64,000 nucleotides of DNA from an uncultured Gammaproteobacteria bacterium (GTDB taxonomy: Bacteria > Patescibacteriota > Patescibacteriia > Magasanikbacterales > GWA2-37-8), in contig CAYHBZ010000001.1 in assembly GCA_964355175.1 (NCBI GenBank), forward strand, positions 368,523-432,522, written 5' to 3'. The position numbers were made by a program, and so were the translations under genes. Below are positions 1 through 9,111 of the stretch, piece after piece. A model generated the notes under the pieces. It searched no databases and had not been told where the DNA came from. It saw only the letters and a program-made list of their open reading frames with translations. Position 1 is the stretch's first letter. Each line of letters opens with the position of its first letter.

Positions 1-72
1 CAACGTATGTTCGGTGGCATGAACTAGAGTTTCATCTAAATCTAATACTAATAATTTTTTAAACCTAGGCAT
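1..72 (-). CDS. FCP1/NIF-family HAD phosphatase, N-terminus only (runs off the window edge)
   Basis: Manual translation from ATG at 72 gives MPRFKKLLVLDLDETLVHATEHTL, which contains the DLDETLVH HAD motif I typical of NIF/FCP1-like phosphatases. Not in the ORF track because it is truncated. Confidence 0.75.
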   Translation of the reverse strand, partial: MPRFKKLLVLDLDETLVHATEHTL

Positions 73-97
73 ACTGCTTATCAAAATATATAAATTA

Positions 98-586
98 CTA
101 TACCCCCAAAACCCACAGGTCTTGTTTGGTATTTAAGCAACTTTTAGCAATATTAATTAACCCACTATTTATATCTTTAAGTTGCACCAACACTTCTTTC
201 CAATCGTTATCCCAATTAATATTAAAGAAATCACCGACTACATCCATAAACTTAGATTGAGGGGAGGAAATACTATATACATTTGATAAACTAACAAAAT
301 CGTCATATGTATTCACTAAATTTAAATTATTTAAATTTATATTTAATAACTCAATTAAACTAACAATATCTCTTTGTTCATATTTTGTCGGTCCAAAATA
401 ATTAAATTTCGCGTTACTCTTTTCAAAACTATTAGAAAACACATAGCCGTAAATAATATCGTCTAAAAACACAGAATCGCTGTTCCAATGTTGACTTATT
501 TTAGACCAATCTCCGACAAAAAATTCAACATAAGCAGACCCTTTTCTTTCATTATTTTTTACCAATCTTACAGAATTCTTACTCAT
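98..586 (-). CDS. hypothetical protein, candidate toxin-immunity protein
   Basis: Long AT-rich ORF. The MSKN start at 586 has GGAG upstream; the ORF track starts it at 604. It lies in the array downstream of a toxin-like gene, so the function is inferred from context only. Confidence 0.6.
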   Translation of the reverse strand: MSKNSVRLVKNNERKGSAYVEFFVGDWSKISQHWNSDSVFLDDIIYGYVFSNSFEKSNAKFNYFGPTKYEQRDIVSLIELLNINLNNLNLVNTYDDFVSLSNVYSISSPQSKFMDVVGDFFNINWDNDWKEVLVQLKDINSGLINIAKSCLNTKQDLWVLGV

Positions 587-591
587 AAATT

Positions 592-1314
592 TTATTCTCC
601 CCATTTTTTTGGTTCTTTACCAGTTTTATCTTTCCACTCTTTTTCCAATCTTTTCTCCACCAATTCCCAATTCATCTTGTTTGAGCCTCCATTTTCCACA
701 TCTCTGAAATACCATATGCTTGGACCAATTGAAGCGCCATAATACAAAGAATTTTTTGGTGCCTCTTGCCACCGCCACCAATCTCTAATCAATAATTTTT
801 GAATCTCCTCTATTGTAATTATTTTTTCTTCTATAAATGGGTCAAGAAAATTTCTAGCGAACTGTTCATCAATACCAGGAAATATTTTTGCCTGATGCTC
901 CCAAAATACTTCAAAAAGTCGACGAGTTCTAAAACCTTTTGGTAAAATAAATATTAATAAATAAGCAAACTGAATAAAATAAGAAGGATACGGTTTGTAT
1001 GTTTTATAATTTTCTACGGTGTCCGTATTCTCATACCTATTATCATGTTCAAGTAAATAAATAATAAGATCTTCAACTCCTTCTTTACCAAATTCATTAA
1101 GCAAAGTATCAAATAACTCTTGGTGGTTGTCTATAGATATTAAATTTGGGGATATAGAGTCTTCTTTATGAGAACTAATTACTTTGCGATTGCGCATCAA
1201 TGTCCACCTATAAAAATTACCCGTAAAACTCTCTATTTTTTCAGGATCTTCAGTCATCCAATTCAATAAAATATCAAAGGCTTTTTGTAAATCTAATTTT
1301 TTTTGATTAATCAT
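592..1314 (-). CDS. hypothetical protein, paralog of 1307..2002, candidate immunity protein
   Basis: 240-aa ORF overlapping the upstream stop. Shares the LDLQKAFxILLxW N-terminus and an identical ~80-aa core with 1307..2002. Confidence 0.7.
   Translation of the reverse strand: MINQKKLDLQKAFDILLNWMTEDPEKIESFTGNFYRWTLMRNRKVISSHKEDSISPNLISIDNHQELFDTLLNEFGKEGVEDLIIYLLEHDNRYENTDTVENYKTYKPYPSYFIQFAYLLIFILPKGFRTRRLFEVFWEHQAKIFPGIDEQFARNFLDPFIEEKIITIEEIQKLLIRDWWRWQEAPKNSLYYGASIGPSIWYFRDVENGGSNKMNWELVEKRLEKEWKDKTGKEPKKWGE
891..1135. repeat. 245-bp exact direct repeat, copy 1
   Basis: cctgatgctc...ggttgtctata is identical by eye to 1597..1841 (offset 706). Confidence 0.95.
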
Positions 1315-2002
1315 ATAAAACTAATTTTAAGTAATCGTCACTCCTTGGTTGTTTTTTATATTTGCGATACCAATCTTCAACCAATTGTTTTTCGACTTTT
1401 TTCCATTCGTCAAAACCATAATAAGTTACTATTAGCCAAGGCGAAATCCTACTATCAGCTTCTCCACTACTCTGCCATTTTTGCCACTGTTTTATAATAA
1501 GAGCTTGAATCTCTTCCTTACTAGTTACACCTTCATCTATAAAGGGGTCAAAATACCTACGAACATAGAGCTCATCTACCCCACGACCAATCCTTTCCTG
1601 ATGCTCCCAAAATACTTCAAAAAGTCGACGAGTTCTAAAACCTTTTGGTAAAATAAATATTAATAAATAAGCAAACTGAATAAAATAAGAAGGATACGGT
1701 TTGTATGTTTTATAATTTTCTACGGTGTCCGTATTCTCATACCTATTATCATGTTCAAGTAAATAAATAATAAGATCTTCAACTCCTTCTTTACCAAATT
1801 CATTAAGCAAAGTATCAAATAACTCTTGGTGGTTGTCTATAACAGTGAAACGCGGACTTATTGAATCGCTTTTTCTATCATTTGGCCATTTTCTAAGGTA
1901 ATTTACCCAATTATAAAATTTTTTCCTAAATAATTCTACATAACTAGAATTATTAGTTTTCCAATCCAATAAAATACTGAAGGCTTTTTGTAAATCTAAC
2001 AT
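1307..2002 (-). CDS. hypothetical protein, candidate cognate immunity protein
   Basis: 231-aa AT-rich ORF starting 12 nt after the stop of the 1501-aa toxin-like gene. Confidence 0.7.
   Translation of the reverse strand: MLDLQKAFSILLDWKTNNSSYVELFRKKFYNWVNYLRKWPNDRKSDSISPRFTVIDNHQELFDTLLNEFGKEGVEDLIIYLLEHDNRYENTDTVENYKTYKPYPSYFIQFAYLLIFILPKGFRTRRLFEVFWEHQERIGRGVDELYVRRYFDPFIDEGVTSKEEIQALIIKQWQKWQSSGEADSRISPWLIVTYYGFDEWKKVEKQLVEDWYRKYKKQPRSDDYLKLVLYD
1597..1841. repeat. 245-bp exact direct repeat, copy 2
   Basis: Identical to 891..1135. Confidence 0.95.
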
Positions 2003-2014
2003 AGAAAATAAATA

Positions 2015-5000
2015 CTATTCAAATTTTTTAATCACATCAATTTTAACGCCAGGATATGCACTTTGGATAGTTGATTTAACATCTTCTAAACTCTCGGCAC
2101 TAGGATAAAAATGTCCAGAACTATTATCTATTTCGATCAGATCCTTAGCTTTAAATTTGATAGTACCCGCCGACCTAACATCAGCTCCACCGCTTAATAT
2201 CGGGTGAGGAAACGGCTTATAATTACCGCGCGGAGATATAACCACTTCACCATTTTGTTTTAAAACATATATAATTTCGTCACCTTTTTGTGTTAAACTC
2301 AATAAATAATCATCATTTATTGCTTTCTTCAAACTATAAAATCCATACTGCAAATCGCCTTTTAAATACCCGTCCACTACGGCATTTTTAAGCTGGAAAC
2401 CAGGATAATCAAACGCTTTATTATACCAACTAGCCTCACCGCTACTAATATATTTTTCAAGCACACCAAATATTGGTTTGCCTTCAAATTTTCCTACTTT
2501 AGCAACACCGTTAAGAGTTTCTACGGTATTTTCCGTTACATCACTCAGCTTAGAAATTACTTTCACATCCTCCCCTAATTTATCCATTAATTTTACTTTA
2601 CTAACAGCTTTTAATTTACTCGCTGGAACATAAATTAACAAAATCTCACCTGCTATTTTTCCTCCAACATAGTTTGCTCTTGCCTGGCAACCATTTGGAC
2701 CAATCGAGGTATTATATTCATCTACTAGAGAATTATACGCCGCATTGCCAGAAGATTTTAAGAAATCTATAACATCCTTTTTGCTTATTCCGCTAGCTTT
2801 TTTGGCAATCTCATAGGCCTTATCAGAAGTTTCACCAATATTTATCACCCCTTTTATCAACGGCATTACTAACGAAAAAATATCATCAACTGTTTTTACA
2901 CCAGTATCAAATATACCTTGAACCATTATTAATTCTAAAATAATCGGATTTTTTAGATCTTTATACAACTCACAGCGATACTTCTTGAAAGTCTCAATTA
3001 CAGTAGCACCCGTAGATAAATTCCAACCCACCTCCTGATCATTCTCAAACTCTTGATAAATAACCCCGTTGCGTTTATTTGGATCACCTTCTGGAAAACC
3101 TAAATTTCCACCTGTACCACCATTGGCATTATGCACTTCGGTCAGTTTGCCATAAGTATAATAAATCCACGGCCAAGCCCAGCGTTTATAATAATACATC
3201 TGCCCGTTAACAAAATTTTGGTAAACACCGCTAGTGCCATATTTACTACTAGCCGCACTCGATTCGTCACTTGTAGGAAAACCTACAATTTTTATAATTT
3301 CATTATCATTTTTACCAGCTTTATCCAAAAATCCAGCTTTAAGTCTGTACGCCTGTCCGCTGTTACCATCTGGCACAAAATACACGGTCTCGTAATTACT
3401 GTTGTCACAATTATTCCAACCATTACCAGTACAAATTGGCTGGCGATAAGTACCCAATACACTAGAAAATTTTAAAGTATATTTATTGGTCACGGAACCT
3501 ATATTGTTAATATAAGAACTAAGTTTGTTTTGAACTTCAACTTTAGAGTACCACTTATTATATTTATTTGGACTAAAAAATTTAGCGCCATTGGAAGCTA
3601 ATATATACACATGCTGAACCGAACCAAAATTTACCGTGTCTTTCCAACAAGGAAAACCGTAGGATGAATCCCATCCAGAATTATTTTTAATATAATCATA
3701 CTGCGCCTTGGTTGGGACGCATTGAATAGAATCTACCGAACGCCCGTCTTCATAAGCATAATATTGAGTTGCTTGATCAAATACATAATAATATTTTAAC
3801 ATCTGTGTGATAGTGTCGGTATAAGCCAAATATTGTCCGACCTCTGTAGTATTTCCACCATTCATCTGAGCCTGCTCCCCGATAGCATAGGTACCAGTAC
3901 CGTCAGAAGAGAGCGAGACATACAATATACCCGTCCATACTCCATCGGTGATAGCTTTGTCTGGAGTGACCACTGTATTGCCGGCTTGCACATCTGTGTG
4001 CATATTTTGTTTGGTGTTGGCCGTCAAATTTAACGTGTCAATAATATTTTCATTTGTTTTGGTAATATTATGCACGATATAATCGCTAAGATGCGCGTAA
4101 GCATATTGCAAACCTTTCACTGTAGAAATACCTTTCAGACCAGTAATATCATTAAAAATTTGTCCTTCATAATATGACGCGTCCAAACCCCAGAGCAAAC
4201 GAAAATCTTTGCGATGATTATTAAAAATACCGCGATTGGACCAGTCATTGATATACGATGAAGCATCTATAGTGAGACCTTTGAAATCAAAAGTGGTAGG
4301 CGTACCGTCTATGGAAGATAAAATTCTGTTTTGAGTCACTACCGCGCGTGTGAACACGGTATTGCGACGATAGTCCAATGCTTTTTCCAGAGTATCACCG
4401 GTCTCTTCCAGATGTTGTAAATATTTACTGGCCAAGACGCTGTTGCCTTGCAATAATATTTTAGAATTGGTATCCAAGTTTGGATCTACCTGTACTCTAG
4501 ACAGAGAAACCGCTATGCCTTCGCTATTGCCGGCAATGGAAAACTTTTCATCGGAATATATTTTGGTACCATTTTGAATATAATCAAAACGCAATATCAA
4601 TTGATCGCCTATCTTTATATTATTATCGGTATCATAGTGCGCGTATCCAGCCAACATGTACGGCTTAATATTAACCAAAGCCGCTGGCGTAGCGTGAATA
4701 CCACCATAACTATCTATTACTTGTTTATCGACATCGGTAGCGCCTTCATAGGACAGACTAATCTCCGCGTTGTTTATTTCACTGCCAAAAAATTCATGTT
4801 CAAATACTACACTGTTATCACTTTCTTTAAGTAAAGAAATTTTTACTTGAGCACGATAATTATCCGGAACAGAAGACCAAGCTACTGGCTGAATCAAACT
4901 ACCACCCACATTACCGGTGTGAGTATAATATGGCAAAGTTGGCGGCAATATTTGGAATTCATCAATGACACCAACATTAGCGGATTGAAAACCGGCATTA

Positions 5001-6520
5001 GCTATATCTTTACCAGTAGAATTTTTTAAATCCTGAGAATATTTTTGCAATGGAGACAGCGTTCCGGAATATTGCAAAAATCCATCCCAAAAAATTTGAG
5101 TATTGAAATTGGCGGTATCGTGTACTATTTCATTTTTAGTACGGTTATAAGTTTTCACGACCGCATCAATAGGAATCCACTGTTTTTTGCCATACCCCTG
5201 CAATAGATTTTGGACATCGGCCGTGGTAGTAGCGTTGGCAAAAGATAAAATATTATCAATATTTGCTCCACGTTCATCATAATCATAATACGCTTCCACA
5301 AATACCCATTCCAGACCTAGAGCGGTTTCGTTGGAAAAATCATAGTCCTCGGCTTTGCCATTAAATGTGCCGGCGGATAAAGTGTATACCGGCACTTTAT
5401 TCATAGCCCAAGCCAAATAAGCGGTCTTGAGCTCATCAACACCCAATAAATTTTTTATCTGCTCCACATTCATTTGTACCACACTTTTTTTATAGCGAGC
5501 GGGAATGCCGGCGGCGCGCAACAAAGAAATTGTAAGTGAGCTGGCGTCAAAATCATTACAGACTTTTTCTCTTAGACAACCTAGACTACCTTTTTTCGCG
5601 CCAAAATATGGCTCGTAAGAAATATTCTGACGAACAAAATTTAAAATTTTGACTGGATTATTATTTAGTGAGTTGGCCAAATCCTGAATTTCGCTGTTCA
5701 CCACTACCTCATTATCGGCTTTCACATCGCTGATAGTCGGTAAATATTGGCTATCGGCAGAAACTTGGTCTATTTTAAAGGCCTTATTAAAAATATCTAA
5801 AAGTTTCGGAGCGGGCGGTTCATTTATAGCCCCTTGCAGAGTCTGAATCTTTACTTCATCGGTATTAAATTTAAACTCTGCCGGCTGGGCAGGAATACGA
5901 AATGTTTCACGATCATTAATGTTTGATTTGGAATCTAACCCCAAAATTTCTTTAGTTCTACCCAAGACTCTTTCTATGAAAGTAGGTGTTTCATTCTTTA
6001 ATTTTTTTAATTGTTTATTGAGTAAATCAAAATAGGCTGATTGGTTGCCACTATCCAAATCCAGTTTATCCAAACGATCTTTTTCTGACTGAACAAAACG
6101 CTCAAAATCAGAACTGGAAATTTCTTTGCTTTTATCCAGACCATTCAAACGGCGCATCAAGACAGAATATTCCGGTAATCTTTCTACGACTGGCGTAGAG
6201 GTAACAGCGACCACAGTTTCAGGTGTGACCACGACACTATCAGAAACCGCTTCGGTGTCTATATGGCGCGATTCAACAACCGACTCCGTATCACTAGCCA
6301 CGGTAGTGGAAACAACGAAACTCACATCGCCTATATGGGCTATGGTTGTATCTGAAGATGGAATCTCGACACTTGAAGAAACGGTAGGCTCGATTACATC
6401 CACCAAGCTCAAAGTAGAAGATTCTAGCTCTTGAGCCAAAACCGGAGCAACCGGCATTAAAACCAATTGTAATATTATCAATGAGATGACAGGTTTTAAT
6501 AAGTATTTGGCAATGGACAT
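2015..6520 (-). CDS. secreted transglutaminase-like / LGFP-repeat protein with a polymorphic-toxin-like C-terminus
   Basis: Signal peptide (PVLA-QE). TGase-like segment EPYFGAKKG...NDFDASSLTISLLRAAGIPARY...WIPID. LGFP-like repeats IVGFPTSDE and NLGFPEGDP..YQEFEN. C-terminal HPILSGGADVRSAG...IDNSSGHFYP. Confidence 0.75.
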   Translation of the reverse strand: MSIAKYLLKPVISLIILQLVLMPVAPVLAQELESSTLSLVDVIEPTVSSSVEIPSSDTTIAHIGDVSFVVSTTVASDTESVVESRHIDTEAVSDSVVVTPETVVAVTSTPVVERLPEYSVLMRRLNGLDKSKEISSSDFERFVQSEKDRLDKLDLDSGNQSAYFDLLNKQLKKLKNETPTFIERVLGRTKEILGLDSKSNINDRETFRIPAQPAEFKFNTDEVKIQTLQGAINEPPAPKLLDIFNKAFKIDQVSADSQYLPTISDVKADNEVVVNSEIQDLANSLNNNPVKILNFVRQNISYEPYFGAKKGSLGCLREKVCNDFDASSLTISLLRAAGIPARYKKSVVQMNVEQIKNLLGVDELKTAYLAWAMNKVPVYTLSAGTFNGKAEDYDFSNETALGLEWVFVEAYYDYDERGANIDNILSFANATTTADVQNLLQGYGKKQWIPIDAVVKTYNRTKNEIVHDTANFNTQIFWDGFLQYSGTLSPLQKYSQDLKNSTGKDIANAGFQSANVGVIDEFQILPPTLPYYTHTGNVGGSLIQPVAWSSVPDNYRAQVKISLLKESDNSVVFEHEFFGSEINNAEISLSYEGATDVDKQVIDSYGGIHATPAALVNIKPYMLAGYAHYDTDNNIKIGDQLILRFDYIQNGTKIYSDEKFSIAGNSEGIAVSLSRVQVDPNLDTNSKILLQGNSVLASKYLQHLEETGDTLEKALDYRRNTVFTRAVVTQNRILSSIDGTPTTFDFKGLTIDASSYINDWSNRGIFNNHRKDFRLLWGLDASYYEGQIFNDITGLKGISTVKGLQYAYAHLSDYIVHNITKTNENIIDTLNLTANTKQNMHTDVQAGNTVVTPDKAITDGVWTGILYVSLSSDGTGTYAIGEQAQMNGGNTTEVGQYLAYTDTITQMLKYYYVFDQATQYYAYEDGRSVDSIQCVPTKAQYDYIKNNSGWDSSYGFPCWKDTVNFGSVQHVYILASNGAKFFSPNKYNKWYSKVEVQNKLSSYINNIGSVTNKYTLKFSSVLGTYRQPICTGNGWNNCDNSNYETVYFVPDGNSGQAYRLKAGFLDKAGKNDNEIIKIVGFPTSDESSAASSKYGTSGVYQNFVNGQMYYYKRWAWPWIYYTYGKLTEVHNANGGTGGNLGFPEGDPNKRNGVIYQEFENDQEVGWNLSTGATVIETFKKYRCELYKDLKNPIILELIMVQGIFDTGVKTVDDIFSLVMPLIKGVINIGETSDKAYEIAKKASGISKKDVIDFLKSSGNAAYNSLVDEYNTSIGPNGCQARANYVGGKIAGEILLIYVPASKLKAVSKVKLMDKLGEDVKVISKLSDVTENTVETLNGVAKVGKFEGKPIFGVLEKYISSGEASWYNKAFDYPGFQLKNAVVDGYLKGDLQYGFYSLKKAINDDYLLSLTQKGDEIIYVLKQNGEVVISPRGNYKPFPHPILSGGADVRSAGTIKFKAKDLIEIDNSSGHFYPSAESLEDVKSTIQSAYPGVKIDVIKKFE

Positions 6521-6544
6521 AATATTTAAAAACTTTATTTAAAC

Positions 6545-6570
6545 AAAAAACTCCTCAAACATGAGGAGTT
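6545..6570 (-). terminator. intrinsic terminator-like hairpin in the 5' leader of the toxin-like gene
   Basis: Minus strand AACTCCTCA-TGTT-TGAGGAGTTTTTT, about 25 nt before the ATG at 6520. Confidence 0.65.
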
Positions 6571-6715
6571 ACAAACAAAAATAAACTGAGCCAAAGGCTA
6601 TAATTGGGCAAGTTTTTTCTCTAATTACAGGCATAAATGCCAAAAAATGATTAAAACTATTGCCTATAGCCAACCATATTTTGGCATTGTTGTCAAATAA
6701 AGGCTGAGTAGAGGT

Positions 6716-6750
6716 AAAAAAAACAGTCCTGACTGAGTCAGGACTGTTTT
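6716..6750 (-). terminator. groEL terminator
   Basis: Minus strand AAAACAGTCCTGAC-TCA-GTCAGGACTGTTTTTTTT, just after the groEL stop. Confidence 0.85.
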
Positions 6751-6776
6751 CATAAACAATAATTACAGGACTAGAT

Positions 6777-8426
<1,650 letters not shown>

Positions 8427-8439
8427 TTAATATATTAAT

Positions 8440-8499
8440 TGTCATCCCGAACGCAGTGAGGGATCTTGGTAAAGATTCCTCGTTTCACTCGGAATGACA
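8440..8499. repeat. REP/RPE-like palindromic element between groES and groEL
   Basis: TGTCATCCCGAACGCAGTGAGGGATCT-tggtaa-AGATTCCTCGTTTCACTCGGAATGACA. The two halves are inverted and each is itself a small hairpin. Confidence 0.8.
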
Positions 8500-8508
8500 T
8501 TCGTTCAT

Positions 8509-8814
8509 TTATTCAAAAGTGGCTACAATATCGTTTTTATCTTCACCGGATCCTACATATAAAATTTTATAAGTTTCTTCATTGCTACCTTGACCTACTT
8601 TTATTTCTTCGCCTCCCCATTTTTTAAACAATACCTTATCTCCTACCTTCAAACCTAGTCTGACAATCGCTTCACCGTTGCCTACTGCCACTATACTACC
8701 TTCCGCTTTTTTCTCTTTATCGACGGCGGATGGTAACAAAATACCAGAGGCGGTGACTTCCTCTTCTTTGGCTGGTTTTACCACCACTCGATCGCCCAAT
8801 GGCTTGATATTCAT
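8509..8814 (-). CDS. groES: co-chaperonin GroES
   Basis: MNIKPLGDRVVVK...TASGILLP; lies upstream of groEL. Confidence 0.98.
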   Translation of the reverse strand: MNIKPLGDRVVVKPAKEEEVTASGILLPSAVDKEKKAEGSIVAVGNGEAIVRLGLKVGDKVLFKKWGGEEIKVGQGSNEETYKILYVGSGEDKNDIVATFE

Positions 8815-8838
8815 ACTATGAAATTAAAATATTAATTT

Positions 8839-8865
8839 TTATCACTCAAATTGTTTGAGTGATAA
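8839..8865. promoter_or_regulatory. CIRCE-like operator (HrcA site)
   Basis: TTATCACTC-N9-GAGTGATAA versus consensus TTAGCACTC-N9-GAGTGCTAA, located between the promoter and the groES start. Confidence 0.85.
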
Positions 8866-8873
8866 TTATCATT

Positions 8874-8903
8874 ATTTTAATGGATTTTTATTAAGTTTGT
8901 CAA
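8874..8903 (-). promoter_or_regulatory. sigma70-type promoter of groESL
   Basis: TTGACA-18-TAAAAT on the minus strand immediately upstream of the CIRCE. Confidence 0.65.
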
Positions 8904-8964
8904 GATTTAGCAGTTCAAATTTCCACATTTTTTCCACAGTAAAATTTGGCTTACTTAAAACAAA

Positions 8965-9079
8965 AATCCAGAGTTGGAGACGAACTCTTAGCGCCGTCCA
9001 TATATTGTCCGGACTATGCCTGTCTATGGTGTAGCCCGAAGCTATGGCGAACGCAAGGGTCTGTCCCCAATTCTGGGTT
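8965..9079 (+). other. long imperfect hairpin, candidate structured RNA
   Basis: CCAGAGTTGGAGACGAACTCTT pairs with AAGGGTCTGTCCCCAATTCTGG using several G-U pairs. Inner stem CGGACTATGCC/GGTGTAGCCCG. Confidence 0.45.
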
Positions 9080-9111
9080 CTTATCTCAGTTCTATAGTTT
9101 GTGTATGGAGT

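Noticed and set aside
891-1841. 245-bp repeat pair as a diversity-generating retroelement TR/VR
   Set aside because: The copies are identical with no adenine-specific mismatches, both are mid-gene, and no reverse transcriptase is present in the window.
8919-8938. Two DnaA-box-like 9-mers (ATTTCCACA, TTTTCCACA) as a replication origin
   Set aside because: Only two boxes, with no dnaA/dnaN nearby and no evident unwinding element.
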